The notes beneath the pieces were generated by a model that did not search any database, had not been told where the DNA came from, and saw only the letters and a list, made by a program, of their open reading frames with translations. Shown in pieces: positions 13,020 to 24,000 of a stretch of 64,000 nt of DNA (positions within the stretch are counted from its first letter, which is position 1; each line of letters starts with the position of its first letter). The stretch lies in assembly GCA_000934665.2 (NCBI GenBank), contig KZ537973.1, forward strand, positions 1 to 64,000, written 5' to 3'. The position numbers and the translations under genes are program-made. Source of the DNA: Catajapyx aquilonaris (taxonomy: Eukaryota).

Positions 13020-15131
13020 TTATTCAGTACTACTAAGCGAAATGCATTCATCGCCATTTGCGAGGAGAGTTGGTGTTGGACTGGTACGAGGTTCAGGGAC
13101 AGCAGGTGTCGCTTCAGTGATGGGGAAGGAATGCCGTTTTGGTGAGTGCCATTTGGACAACATCTCCATTAAGCAGCACGCGACAGTTACAATCCATCCA
13201 GCAACAATGAGGACGAAAGGACCGTACAGCTTCCTCACTGAAAGGGGCCTGCTCTCCTCCTCTTCCTGGCTCAGCATCCCTTCCTCAGCCTCTTCTTCAT
13301 CTTCCTCACTCTTGGACCACTGGCGCCGCTGTACCTCCTTCAGGGAATTGCGGAACACACGGTACAGTTCGTTGTGCTGCAGATAGTCCGACAGCCCGCT
13401 CTCCATTATACAGACACCAATTCTGCTCACTTCTGGCCAGACTGGGATGTCCTTGAGGGCTGATCCACCAGTGAAAATGTCTAACGCGGGTTCTGTCTTG
13501 TCCCTCACGCGCAGCTTGCCATTGCTGTCCACAACTCCAGATTTTGACGTGTCCATATCTAAACTAAATCCAATGCAACTGAAGTAGTCTTCTTCCGCTG
13601 CTTTTTCAACGCATTCAGTGTAGCTGCTCATCATCTTCACTTTCTCCGCAATCTCGTGGTAGTAAGTGTGGCCTTCCACTTTCTTGGATAAGAGGTTGTA
13701 GAGCAAAGCCGATATCAAATGGGCTCCGACTTCAAAATGCGAGTTGCTGAGTTCCTCCAGCGTGGTTGGAAGATTCTCCTTCTCAGGCACTGCCACAAAA
13801 GCAAAAACCATTTCTTGATATCCACACGAAAGAATCATGGCCACGAAAAACCAAAACAGGACAAAGATTCTCGCTGCATGAGCCCTTGGAAATTCCTCGT
13901 TGGGCATCTGCTCAACCAAGGCACCTGCGCAGGAATGAAATGCGATGTCTCCAAAGTCTTTTCCTGGAACAGTGTACACGGCCGCTTCTATCTTGAGCAT
14001 TTTCCAGGTGACTCCTATTGAAAATGCAGTTCCTAGAGCGATCAACACCCAAACCTCCGGGTGGTAAGGCCGGAAGACAGTCTTCCACGTCCACAGGGGT
14101 CTGGGGAATCCGGTGACGAATTCAAAGCGGAAGTATCCGGCGGGGTACATGTATTTAACATGAGACATATCGTTTCCTTGGTAGAAAGAGGCAAAGCAGA
14201 AGTCTGCTTGTCCAGTCACCAGGTCTCTGATTGGTGATAACCAAGTTCCGTTGCTCAGACGAGACCCTTCCAGCATCTCTGGGACTATCGTCATTTCGTA
14301 AGTACTCCAGGCGAAATTCATTTTGTCGCTGTATAACAGGAGATATGCTTCGACAAAGTCCAGAGACAAAAGGCTATCCTTATCTCGCTTCCTCTTGATT
14401 TCATCCCCATCCATATTTCTTATAAAAACACCTTTTACACGCCTACCATGCAAGTTTTTCGCCACATGTGGAAACAAGTCCCCTACCCCCAGTACCGGAT
14501 AGTGTCCCAGAGTGACCTTGGAGTGCTTTCCTTCGTCGCAGCAGAAGCAAATGGTGGCCAGCTCCAGTGACCCTCCATCAGGAGAAGGCTTGATGGCCAC
14601 CTTCCACCTCATCCCCAGCATGCTGTTGGTCCTGTCCTCCTTTGGTGAAATGGCCTTGTCCGGGTCTTCCCTGGTCCATATGACGACGTGGTCATCGTCT
14701 GACCTGACCTTGACCCTGGTGGAGACGAAGATGCTCATCCGGTTGACCAGTCCGGATGTCCTGGTGGTGAGCAGCTGCACCAGACAAGGACCGGTCCACT
14801 CCTTGGAGCTAATGTCCCAATAATCTCGATGCGATGCGTCTTCAGGGACAGAGAAGGACTCGGGAGGGGACAGAGACAGTGTCGGGCGATATTGTTCGTT
14901 CGCTCTAGAGAGGATCTCTTGAAACGTCCTCGGAACATGCACAATATCGTGGGCCAGCAGAAGAGTGCACTCGGGTAACTTCTCAGACAGAATGGCAAGC
15001 ACCATGTTGGAAATGAGTTCGTCGGAAGTCCTACTTCCATCATCCGAGTGTATGAAACGTGCAGTCGCCATGGCATGCACGTTAAGCACCACCACATAGA
15101 GTAACTTGATGTTGACACTCCCAACCACCAT
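13020..15131 (-). CDS. Intronless divergent ionotropic receptor (IR paralog 1), about 703 aa
   Basis: Hydrophobic N-terminus; S1 (NGTWLSPIRDLVTGQADF); PRP..W..VFRPY then M1; pore GALVEQ; M2 (RIFVLFWFFVAMILSCGYQEM); S2 (PTTLEEL); RPLS then last TM. First ATG at 15131. Confidence 0.9.
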   Translation of the reverse strand: MVVGSVNIKLLYVVVLNVHAMATARFIHSDDGSRTSDELISNMVLAILSEKLPECTLLLAHDIVHVPRTFQEILSRANEQYRPTLSLSPPESFSVPEDASHRDYWDISSKEWTGPCLVQLLTTRTSGLVNRMSIFVSTRVKVRSDDDHVVIWTREDPDKAISPKEDRTNSMLGMRWKVAIKPSPDGGSLELATICFCCDEGKHSKVTLGHYPVLGVGDLFPHVAKNLHGRRVKGVFIRNMDGDEIKRKRDKDSLLSLDFVEAYLLLYSDKMNFAWSTYEMTIVPEMLEGSRLSNGTWLSPIRDLVTGQADFCFASFYQGNDMSHVKYMYPAGYFRFEFVTGFPRPLWTWKTVFRPYHPEVWVLIALGTAFSIGVTWKMLKIEAAVYTVPGKDFGDIAFHSCAGALVEQMPNEEFPRAHAARIFVLFWFFVAMILSCGYQEMVFAFVAVPEKENLPTTLEELSNSHFEVGAHLISALLYNLLSKKVEGHTYYHEIAEKVKMMSSYTECVEKAAEEDYFSCIGFSLDMDTSKSGVVDSNGKLRVRDKTEPALDIFTGGSALKDIPVWPEVSRIGVCIMESGLSDYLQHNELYRVFRNSLKEVQRRQWSKSEEDEEEAEEGMLSQEEEESRPLSVRKLYGPFVLIVAGWIVTVACCLMEMLSKWHSPKRHSFPITEATPAVPEPRTSPTPTLLANGDECISLSSTE

Positions 15132-16906
15132 TGTTGATTCCAGTAATATCCTGCTGCTGTAGTCCAGATTCAATTTAATGACCCGCACTTATGTCCAGTC
15201 GCTCTTCGGGATGTCTTATGTGCCCACTCGGTTAACTTTTAACTACCTGCTTCTCAAAACCAACGTATGTAAATTTCGGTGCTACATCCACCAAATAAAC
15301 CGAAGACAGTTAAATTATTGCTTCAGAGGCAATAGAGGACATTTCTGCTCAACTGCAGCGCGACCGTATAGTGCTTCGAAATGTGGAGCCAGTGTTTGAG
15401 AATCCAGCTGGATATGCTATTACACCACACGTCAATGTGTTGAATTCTAAATGATCTGCAGGATTAATATCGCCCAGATCGTCAGATATCTCTGAACGAT
15501 GGCGAAACAAGCGTAATATCTACTCAGTCGTTTGTGTGGGAGGCCATTTATATAGGTTAAGATATACATTGCTACAAGAGGAAGGTGAGGGAATGGCACC
15601 ATTCGACATGTTTTATGAAGTGTCACAAGCTGTTACAGTGTGTGTATGTGGAATGAGAATGATGCATCAGCACGTCAGTTATGTGAGCTGGCTGACTGAC
15701 AACACTATTTATTCCTACCATAATTCATTTACAGTACAAGAAAACTTATTGGGATAAGAGTGTGTGATATGCTATAGAGTCGAACCATTGCATTGTCGAA
15801 ATATTCCTATTCGATATTATTTTACAAAAAAAACGTATAGCTCACACAGGCTGTGAGCTGGAGGAAACCGAATCCAGCAGGAAATGTCTTGTCAGTGTCC
15901 TTTATATGAGTGCTTCATTTTGAAAAAATGATAATTATATTGACACTATTTCACTATCATGGCGATATCCGTGCAAGATGCTATACTGTATATAATTATC
16001 CAGGGCAGAACACCTGTATCAGAATACATCGGTTGAAGGAGGAAAAGTGTATCATTTGAGATTTTGAATGTTTTGAGGTAAAACTATATCGCTTTCCACC
16101 AAACATACCTTACACAGCGTGTTTCATAAATCACCAGACAAAAGTCTATAGGGCGAACTCCTGAGTGCTAGTGCTGGTTTCTGTTATGCAAAGGTGCCGT
16201 TTGTGCATACACATTCTCCCTAGTAGTTTGGCTAGTGATTTATGAAACACCTTCATATTGCATTTGTTACGGTATAGGCATATTAACTTCGAAAAAATAT
16301 ACGTACTGAATATTTGCAGGTTTCATGAAATAAATTATTTAGTAGGACCTATTGCTATACTACTGTAACACTAAAATATTACCACTATAGTATAATAATT
16401 CTGGAACGAAGGTGTATGCCTTCTTATCTTTTACACAGTAACGAACATTACTAACCTTGTAACTTTAATAAGGGCGCCGGATAACTAGGTTTCACCTCCT
16501 CACCTCGTCAAATCGGGGGAGAACTTTCGAACGTAGAATAACAGTCGGTTACCTATCCAGGGTGCCAGGGAACCGGTTCGGGCTAAATAATTTAAAAAGA
16601 GCGTGGGCAGCAGGGAATCAACTGTTCCATTTCGGAAGTACTCCCTCCGATTTGACGAGGTGAGGTGGGGGAATGCCATGGAAATAAATTCACCATGTCT
16701 TATTGAAGAAACGCTTCACATGCCATCGCCTCAAAAGTAGCCTCATATCCTACGATTATTGTGTCACTGATGTGATTCAATCAGGAGGCAAAGAGTAGGT
16801 GGTCTCAGGATGGCTGGCGTCCCGCTATACTAGTAAATATGGAAAAGTCCCACTTGGTGTTGATCGAAAGTCTGATGACATAAAAAGGCTCATGCAAGTC
16901 TCTCTG

Positions 16907-19027
16907 TTATTCAAGACTACTAAGCGAAATGCATTCATCGCCTTCTGCGATGAGAGTCTGTGTTGGACTGGTACGAGGTTCAGGGACAGCAAGTAGTGTC
17001 ACCTCAGTGATGGGGAAGGAGGAAGGGCGTTTGGGTGAGCCCCATTTGGACAACTTCTCAATTACAAAGCACACGACTGTAGCCACCCATGAAGCAACGA
17101 TGAGAACAAAGGGACCGTACAGCTTCCTAACTGAGAGGGGCCTGCTCTCCTCCTCATCCTCGCTCCCCATCCCTTCCTCCGACTTTTCTTCTTCTTCTTC
17201 ACTCTTGGACCACTGGCGACGCTGTACCTCCCTAAGTGACTTCCGGAACACACGGTACTCCTCGTTGTGCTGCAGGTAGTCCGCCAACCCGCTCTCAAAT
17301 ATCCAGATTGCAATTTTGCTCACCTCTGGCCAGACTGGCATGTCCTTGAGGACTGACGAACCAGTGAATAAGTTGAGGGTGGGTTCTGTCTTGTCCCTCA
17401 CGCGCAGCTTGCCACTGCTGTCTACCACTTCAGATTTACCCAGGTCTATGAGTAAATTAATTCCGATGCAACTAAAATAGTCTTCTTCCGCTGCTTTTTC
17501 AATGCATTCAGTGTAGCTGCTCATTATCTTTAATTTTCCAGCAATATCGTGGTAGTAAGTGTGACCTTCCACTTTCTTGGATAAAAGGTTGTAGAGCAAA
17601 ACCGATTCCAAATGGGCTCCCACTTCAAAATGCGAGTTGCTGAGTTCCTCCAGCGTGGTTGGAAGATTCTCCTTCTCAGGGACTGCCACAAAAGCGAAAA
17701 CCATTTCTTGGTAACCACACGACAGGATCATGGCCACGAAAAACCAAAACAGGACAAAGATTCTCGCCGCATGAGCCCTTGGAAACTCTTCGTTGGCCAT
17801 CTGCTCAACCAAGGCTCCTGCGCAAGAGTGAATTGCGATGTCTCCAAAGTCCGCTCCTGGGATGGGATACAATGTTGCTTCTATTTTGAGCATTTTCCAG
17901 GTGACTACTATTGAAAATGCAGTTCCTAAAGCGATCAAGACCCAGACCCCAGGCTGGTAAGGCCAGAAGACAGTCTTCCATGTCCACATGGGTCTGGGGA
18001 ATCCAGTAACAAAGTTAAAACGGAAGTATGCGGCTGGATACACATATTTAACATGGGACATGTCTTCCACTTGGTAAAAGGAGATGAAGCAGAAATCTGC
18101 TTGTCCCGTCAACAAGTCCTTAATTGGTGTCAGCCACGTTCCGTTGCTCAGACGAGACCTCTCAAGCATCTCTGGGACTATTGTCATTTCGTAGGTGCTC
18201 CAGGTGTAGTTCATCTTGTCACTGTATAACAAGATATATGCTTCGACGAAGTCCAGAGACAACAGGCCATCATTATGTCGCTTCCTCTTGATTTCATCCC
18301 CATCGATATTTCTTATAAAAACACCTTTTACTCGCCTGCCATGTAAGTTTCTCGTTGTATCCGGAAACAAGTCTCCTACCCCCAGTCCCGGATACTGCCC
18401 TAGAGTTATCTTGGAGTGCTTTCCCTCGTTGCAAAAGAAGCAAATGGTGGCCAGCTCCAGTGACCCTCCATCAGGAGAAGGCTTGATGGCCACCTTCCAC
18501 CTCATCCCCAGCATGCTGTTGGTCCTGACCTCCTTTGGTGAAATGGCCTTGTCCGGGTCTTCCCTGGTCCAGATGACGACGTGGTCATCGTCTGACCTGA
18601 CCTTGACCCTGGTGGAGACGAAGATGCTCATCCGGTTGACCAGTCCGGATGTCCTGGTGGTGAGCAGCTGCACCAGACAAGGACCGGTCCACTCCTTGGA
18701 GCTAATGTCCCAATAATCTCGATGCGATGCGTCATCCGGGACAGAGAAAGAGTCGGGAGGGGACAGAGACAGTGTCGGGCGATATTGTTCGTTCGCTCTA
18801 GAGAGGATCTCTTGAAACGTCTTCGGAACAGACATAAAATCGTGGGTCAGCAGAAGAGTGCACTCGGGTGACTTCTCAGACAGAATGTCAAGCACCATGT
18901 TGGAAATGAGTTCGTCGGAAGTCCTACTTGCATCATCCGAGTGTATGAAACGTGCAGTCGCCATGACATGAACGTTAAGCACCACCACATAGAGTAACTT
19001 GATGTTGACACTCACTATTACCACCAT
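16907..19027 (-). CDS. Intronless divergent ionotropic receptor (IR paralog 2)
   Basis: Tandem paralog of 13020-15131 with the same topology; intact ORF, first ATG at 19027. Upstream and downstream flanks are also duplicated. Confidence 0.9.
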   Translation of the reverse strand: MVVIVSVNIKLLYVVVLNVHVMATARFIHSDDASRTSDELISNMVLDILSEKSPECTLLLTHDFMSVPKTFQEILSRANEQYRPTLSLSPPDSFSVPDDASHRDYWDISSKEWTGPCLVQLLTTRTSGLVNRMSIFVSTRVKVRSDDDHVVIWTREDPDKAISPKEVRTNSMLGMRWKVAIKPSPDGGSLELATICFFCNEGKHSKITLGQYPGLGVGDLFPDTTRNLHGRRVKGVFIRNIDGDEIKRKRHNDGLLSLDFVEAYILLYSDKMNYTWSTYEMTIVPEMLERSRLSNGTWLTPIKDLLTGQADFCFISFYQVEDMSHVKYVYPAAYFRFNFVTGFPRPMWTWKTVFWPYQPGVWVLIALGTAFSIVVTWKMLKIEATLYPIPGADFGDIAIHSCAGALVEQMANEEFPRAHAARIFVLFWFFVAMILSCGYQEMVFAFVAVPEKENLPTTLEELSNSHFEVGAHLESVLLYNLLSKKVEGHTYYHDIAGKLKIMSSYTECIEKAAEEDYFSCIGINLLIDLGKSEVVDSSGKLRVRDKTEPTLNLFTGSSVLKDMPVWPEVSKIAIWIFESGLADYLQHNEEYRVFRKSLREVQRRQWSKSEEEEEKSEEGMGSEDEEESRPLSVRKLYGPFVLIVASWVATVVCFVIEKLSKWGSPKRPSSFPITEVTLLAVPEPRTSPTQTLIAEGDECISLSSLE

Positions 19028-20379
19028 TGTTGATTCCAGTAATATCCTGCTGCTATAGTCCAGATAAAATAATGATCTGCACTTATGTCCAGTCACTATT
19101 TGGGGTGGCTTGTATGCACTTCGGTGAACTTGTAATGACTTGCCGCTCGAAACAAACGCATGTAAATTACAGTGCTACACCATGAAGCATGGAATGAGTT
19201 CAAATATTGCCTTATTAAGCCTCATTCGTGCTCAGGCTGAAGAGTGACTGTTGTGCTTCGAAATTCCACAGCCAGTGTTTGACAATCCAGCTAGCTGTTC
19301 TATTATATTCCACACGTCAGTGTGTTGAATTCTGAATGAACGAATGGATTATTGTCCACATATGGCTGGACGGTGCCAAGCAAGTGTAATATCTACACGC
19401 AGCAATCAGTGGCCAATTCCTGGTTCTAATGCATTATTACCAAGAGGGAAGTGAAGCAAATGGCAAAAGACAAAATATCTTAAATGTTACAAACGAAGCA
19501 TCCCATCATATGGACATTAACCTGTTGTTGCATATCATGGGATGGACCTGGATGGACCACATTCGTATTTTTTATCTGCCAAGTGTTACTGGCCTTATTT
19601 AAATCGGGAAACACTCTGATAGATGGAGGAAAATTAATAAATACCATCTGCAAAAGCAGCTAAAAAACCGGACTTTATAATCACTAATCAAAGGGATTAT
19701 CTGGACTGTGGCTCCCTCAGCTATAGCTTCAACAGTCCTCTTATTTGTGAAGATCTTGCTGATAGGAAAATCCTCTTGTGAATTATGTATTGCGCAACCC
19801 AATTAGTTTTGGTCCCTATCCCAGCCTTGAATGTTTAATATAATCGATTTAGATAACGATGGACTGGCATCATTAGTAGCTGAGGAGCTCTCCATTTCTG
19901 CTCAGTTGTATATATTACATACACGAGTGGTAATTTGGTGGCACAAGTTCAACTATTGAAACATGTCCCTGGCTCCTGTTCAGTAACATACTCTGGGGTT
20001 GGGCACACTTGGGTTGATATCAATTATACTTATAGGCTTATCTGTAATTTATTTAAGTATATGGCACACCAGAACAATTATTTAGAGTGCATCAGTTTAC
20101 TATGCCTCACTGACACGTGATCCTTGCAAATCCCATATTTAAAAATGGCACAAACTTTTGCTTGTGCCCATATTCTTGGCACATAATTTACATTTTTGAG
20201 AAACCCATCCTGCCAACATTAGCATATAATTATGTTATCTGGTATGTGATGCTGGCAGAAGATTCAGCATCTGGTGAAACATCCAATAGGATTAGAGAGA
20301 TTCTGACCCTGAATCTCTTCATACCAAGGGAATTTATCATAGTCCAAAAATTTCCTTAAAATGCTGTTCTCAATTGTTA

Positions 20380-21030
20380 ATGGGTGTCTCAGAAATCGTA
20401 ATGTACCAATAAAATGGGCACAAGCAAAAGTTTGTGCCATATTTAAATATGGAGGTAAACATAACCCTACGAATTACTGTATCGTCATACTCGTATTGCA
20501 TGGTGATACCAGAATACGGCAACAGCCTCCCTATCATCTGATGATGCTAATGAGAATAGAAATAAGTACAAGTATGATCACACTGTTTAGGCAGATTTAT
20601 TTAAATATGGGAATAGTGTCAGAATACAAATAAATGCAAACAGTCAAGATTGTATCTGGGCTTCCCTAAGCTGAATCAAAGAGTCCTAACTTTATTCAAC
20701 TTATTAACATAAGATAATTATACCAACAATGTGAGTTACTTGACTCAAATGGGACACCCATTTAAATTTTGTAGCTGGACGGGATGATCTTGGGGTTGCA
20801 GCATTTGCAGATGATTTCATTGGCTGTTAACCCTCTTTACCTGCAACAAAATTTTTAAGCATTAAGAAACTATTTTTATGACAATGGGTGTCAGATAAAC
20901 CTAAATGAAACAAATGTGGCATGACACAGTAATGGAGACAAACATTAGGACATAACGTTTTTTCTTCGAATGAACCAATTCCTATTTCTGAATACTGATA
21001 CACATATCTTGGTGTCCTGTTTAAGATCTA
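20380..21030 (+). mobile_element. Degraded LINE reverse-transcriptase remnant
   Basis: Fragments AKVCAIFKYGGKHNPTNY (cf. A.V.PIFKKG...P.NYRPI), AAFADD at about 20798 and YTYLG at about 21000. An inverted homolog lies at about 40270-40700. Confidence 0.6.
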
Positions 21031-21096
21031 CACCCATAAAGTAGAAACTCATTAAGGTCACATTGCACCTGCTGCCATGAGATAACCCACCTGGAG

Positions 21097-24000
21097 TTAT
21101 ACTTTCAGTTTTTCTATCACTCTTTTGTCCTCCCTGACTCTCCTCATGTAAGTTCTTGTGGGTTTCAGCAGCACGGGTGCAGCCTCTTGTACATCAGCCG
21201 ATTGATCTGCAGGCAGTTTATTTGGCTCAGAAGTTGATGGAAGACTCTTCACCACTGGAGATTCTGAAATTAAAATGGTGCAAATGGGTCTGTCAGATTA
21301 GATGCGATGCATATGGCCTGCACTGTATACATTAGCAACGCTGTGCTTGCCCTGAAGAAAGTGAACCAGTGAAAGTAGATGGAGAGCATGTCAAAGGGAT
21401 AATGCCTGCCCACTGACTGGCTTGTATTTGTCGCAGATGGTGAGTTTTCATTGCAAACACTGCATGCAATGATGGCTGTGACAGGTCCTTAGGCCTGTTT
21501 GTCTTGAAGGTCACAAACAACTACAGGCTGCATTTCAAAGTGACAAATCATATTATGCAGTAGATAAATCATAGCTTTCAGAATAGCTTTCCTTTATTGG
21601 TCATTAAAATTTCTTGAACCGGACACAGATAGTTATTTCTTATGGTAGCAAGCCTTGACTGGGTATTTGCCATACCCCTGGGAAAACACCAGGAGCCCTG
21701 CCATAGCCACTGACAGTCTCTTGCAAGGTCCACCTCATCTTCATGCAACAGACCATATTTATAACTAAATTCCTCCATTTTTTATGGTTATTCCTAGATT
21801 TACACCAACCATGTGTATCAATAGACCAAATTTTGTCAGTCTGAATAATTATATACCTGACTGAACTGGATCACAGGAAGTAGGACTATTTGGCTGAAGA
21901 TACTGAGTTGAAATGTATTCCAGGATTGGCAGTGGCTGGTTATTTTCTTTCAAAGCAGGAGTAACTACTTCAGTCTCCTTTTCTGCAATAAACATTACAC
22001 AAGTTATTATTAGAAATAACTACATTAGTTACATAAAAATGTGCACATTAGAGGGACAGACTAAAACTACACCATTCACCATGATTCGTGAAATTCCTGA
22101 CCCCTGCATAAGTAAAATCCCAAATTCACGAAGACAAGAAAATGCCTTACTTCTCTTTCCTTCCCCTCTTGGGGGCAATTCTCCTTCCTCTTGCAAACTC
22201 TCATCTCTTCTGAAGAAGTTCCCTGGCATTGCAGGCCTTACATATTGCTTAATCTGACAACCCTTGCGTAAGTGTTTCACCAACTTGTGTTCATCTCTAA
22301 ATCCCTTTTTGCATTTGCTACATCTGAATTCACGGTGCATCACATCCATATGAACTGATAAGTTTGTCTTGGTTGAAAAAAACATTCCACAATAACTGCA
22401 TGTGTGTAGCCTCACTTTTACCCTGATCACCTGATCAACACCAGAATCATTATCATTCTCCGGAATGCTCACACCATCACTATCAAAGGAAGTGTCATCT
22501 GTCACGAGGCTTAGTAGCATGGAATCATAGCTATTGACGCCAGCAGGGAGGGAAGGAAGTGGATGGTCCAACATTTCTTGTTTTTTTTGTTGGGCTGCTT
22601 CATTGATCTTTTCCAAACGCAAGGCAGGCATAGTTGTTGGTGATGCCTCCTCTTCACCAATGAGTTTCTTCTTAAGACTGCAAGAAATCACACATTGAAA
22701 TGTCTTCTCTTCCTTTCAAAATGAACTGGTAAGCAAAGGATTACATGATAAAACTCAGCTAAAAAAAAATTTCATCACATATCCTATGCATACCCAAATG
22801 AAATTCCCGTCACTTTGCATGAGTCTGGATTTGGCTTGCGGACTTACCTTGTGGCAGATCTGGTTGAGTCTGTCGGCTGGTCTGGAGCCCTAGTTGACAT
22901 CCGCAGCTCAGTTGATTCAGTTGCAGTAATTTCATTTGGCTCAGAGTTTGTTTTCTGTCTCTTCTTTCCTTGCAATTCTGAAATTGATAACATTTATAAT
23001 AAGTAATCACTATGCACAATTCTCTAGGTATGACTGCAATCTCAGTCATAGATAAATGCACAAACAATATAAATGCAGTACATTTTCATTTGGCCACCAT
23101 TTATGGCAGATAAGATCTCATCAGAACAATTTCCACTATATCATGTGTTAGATCACTTCAACGTCTAATGCCATTAGAGTCATTACCATCATTTCTCATA
23201 TAATCATCATCATCAGAGTAGGTGTCAACTTTTACTGGTGTTAAAAGCATGGAGTTGATATTTTCTATGCTGGCAGGCAAGGACAGATCTGCATCCATCT
23301 CCATTTCTTCTTTTAACTGTTCAGCTGCTCTGTTGACCTCCTCCAAAGACAAGGTAGGCATTGTTGTCAATGAGGTGTTTTCCCCATTGTGTCTCTTCTT
23401 ATAGCTGTATGAAATAATCACAATCATTGCACTAGTAAATGTTACTCTCTACTGCATGCACAGAGTACTAAAAGCTGAAATCAAGCCAACAATTGGTCAA
23501 TTCATGCAATATCATCACCTTTTAGACGTAATATTTTCTTGCAAGTTTCCCAACAATTGATTTTGTTGTCCACCTGCTTCTGCAAAAGTACTGTCCACTG
23601 TCATAGGTGTTAAAGGTTTAGAGTCGAAATTTTCAACGTTGACATGTAGGAAAGGTGATGCATCCAACTCCATTTCCTCATGTTTGATTTCTCCCAAAGA
23701 CAAGGCAGGCATTGTTGTAGGTGAGGTATCTTTTTCCATAGTGTGCCTCTTCTTACAACTATAAGAAATAATCCCAATTGTAAGCATTAGTAAAAGTTAC
23801 TCACTATTGATCATAGGCAGAGCATTGACAGCAAAAGTGCAGCAGTGGTCAATCCATACAATGTCCTCACCTTATAGACCTGAAATTTCTCTTTAAGTGC
23901 TCCAACATTTCATTCTCCATCCCAACTGCTTCTGTGCAAGTACTGGTAGGATTTGATGACATGTTTTCAGCAACTTGTGATAGGTGCCTCTCAACTGATG

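Noticed and set aside
14512..14823. Antisense ORFs repeated opposite each IR (also 18216-18716, 42187-42708, 50342-50689)
   Set aside because: Shadow frames of the duplicated GC-rich IR coding block, with no independent protein features.
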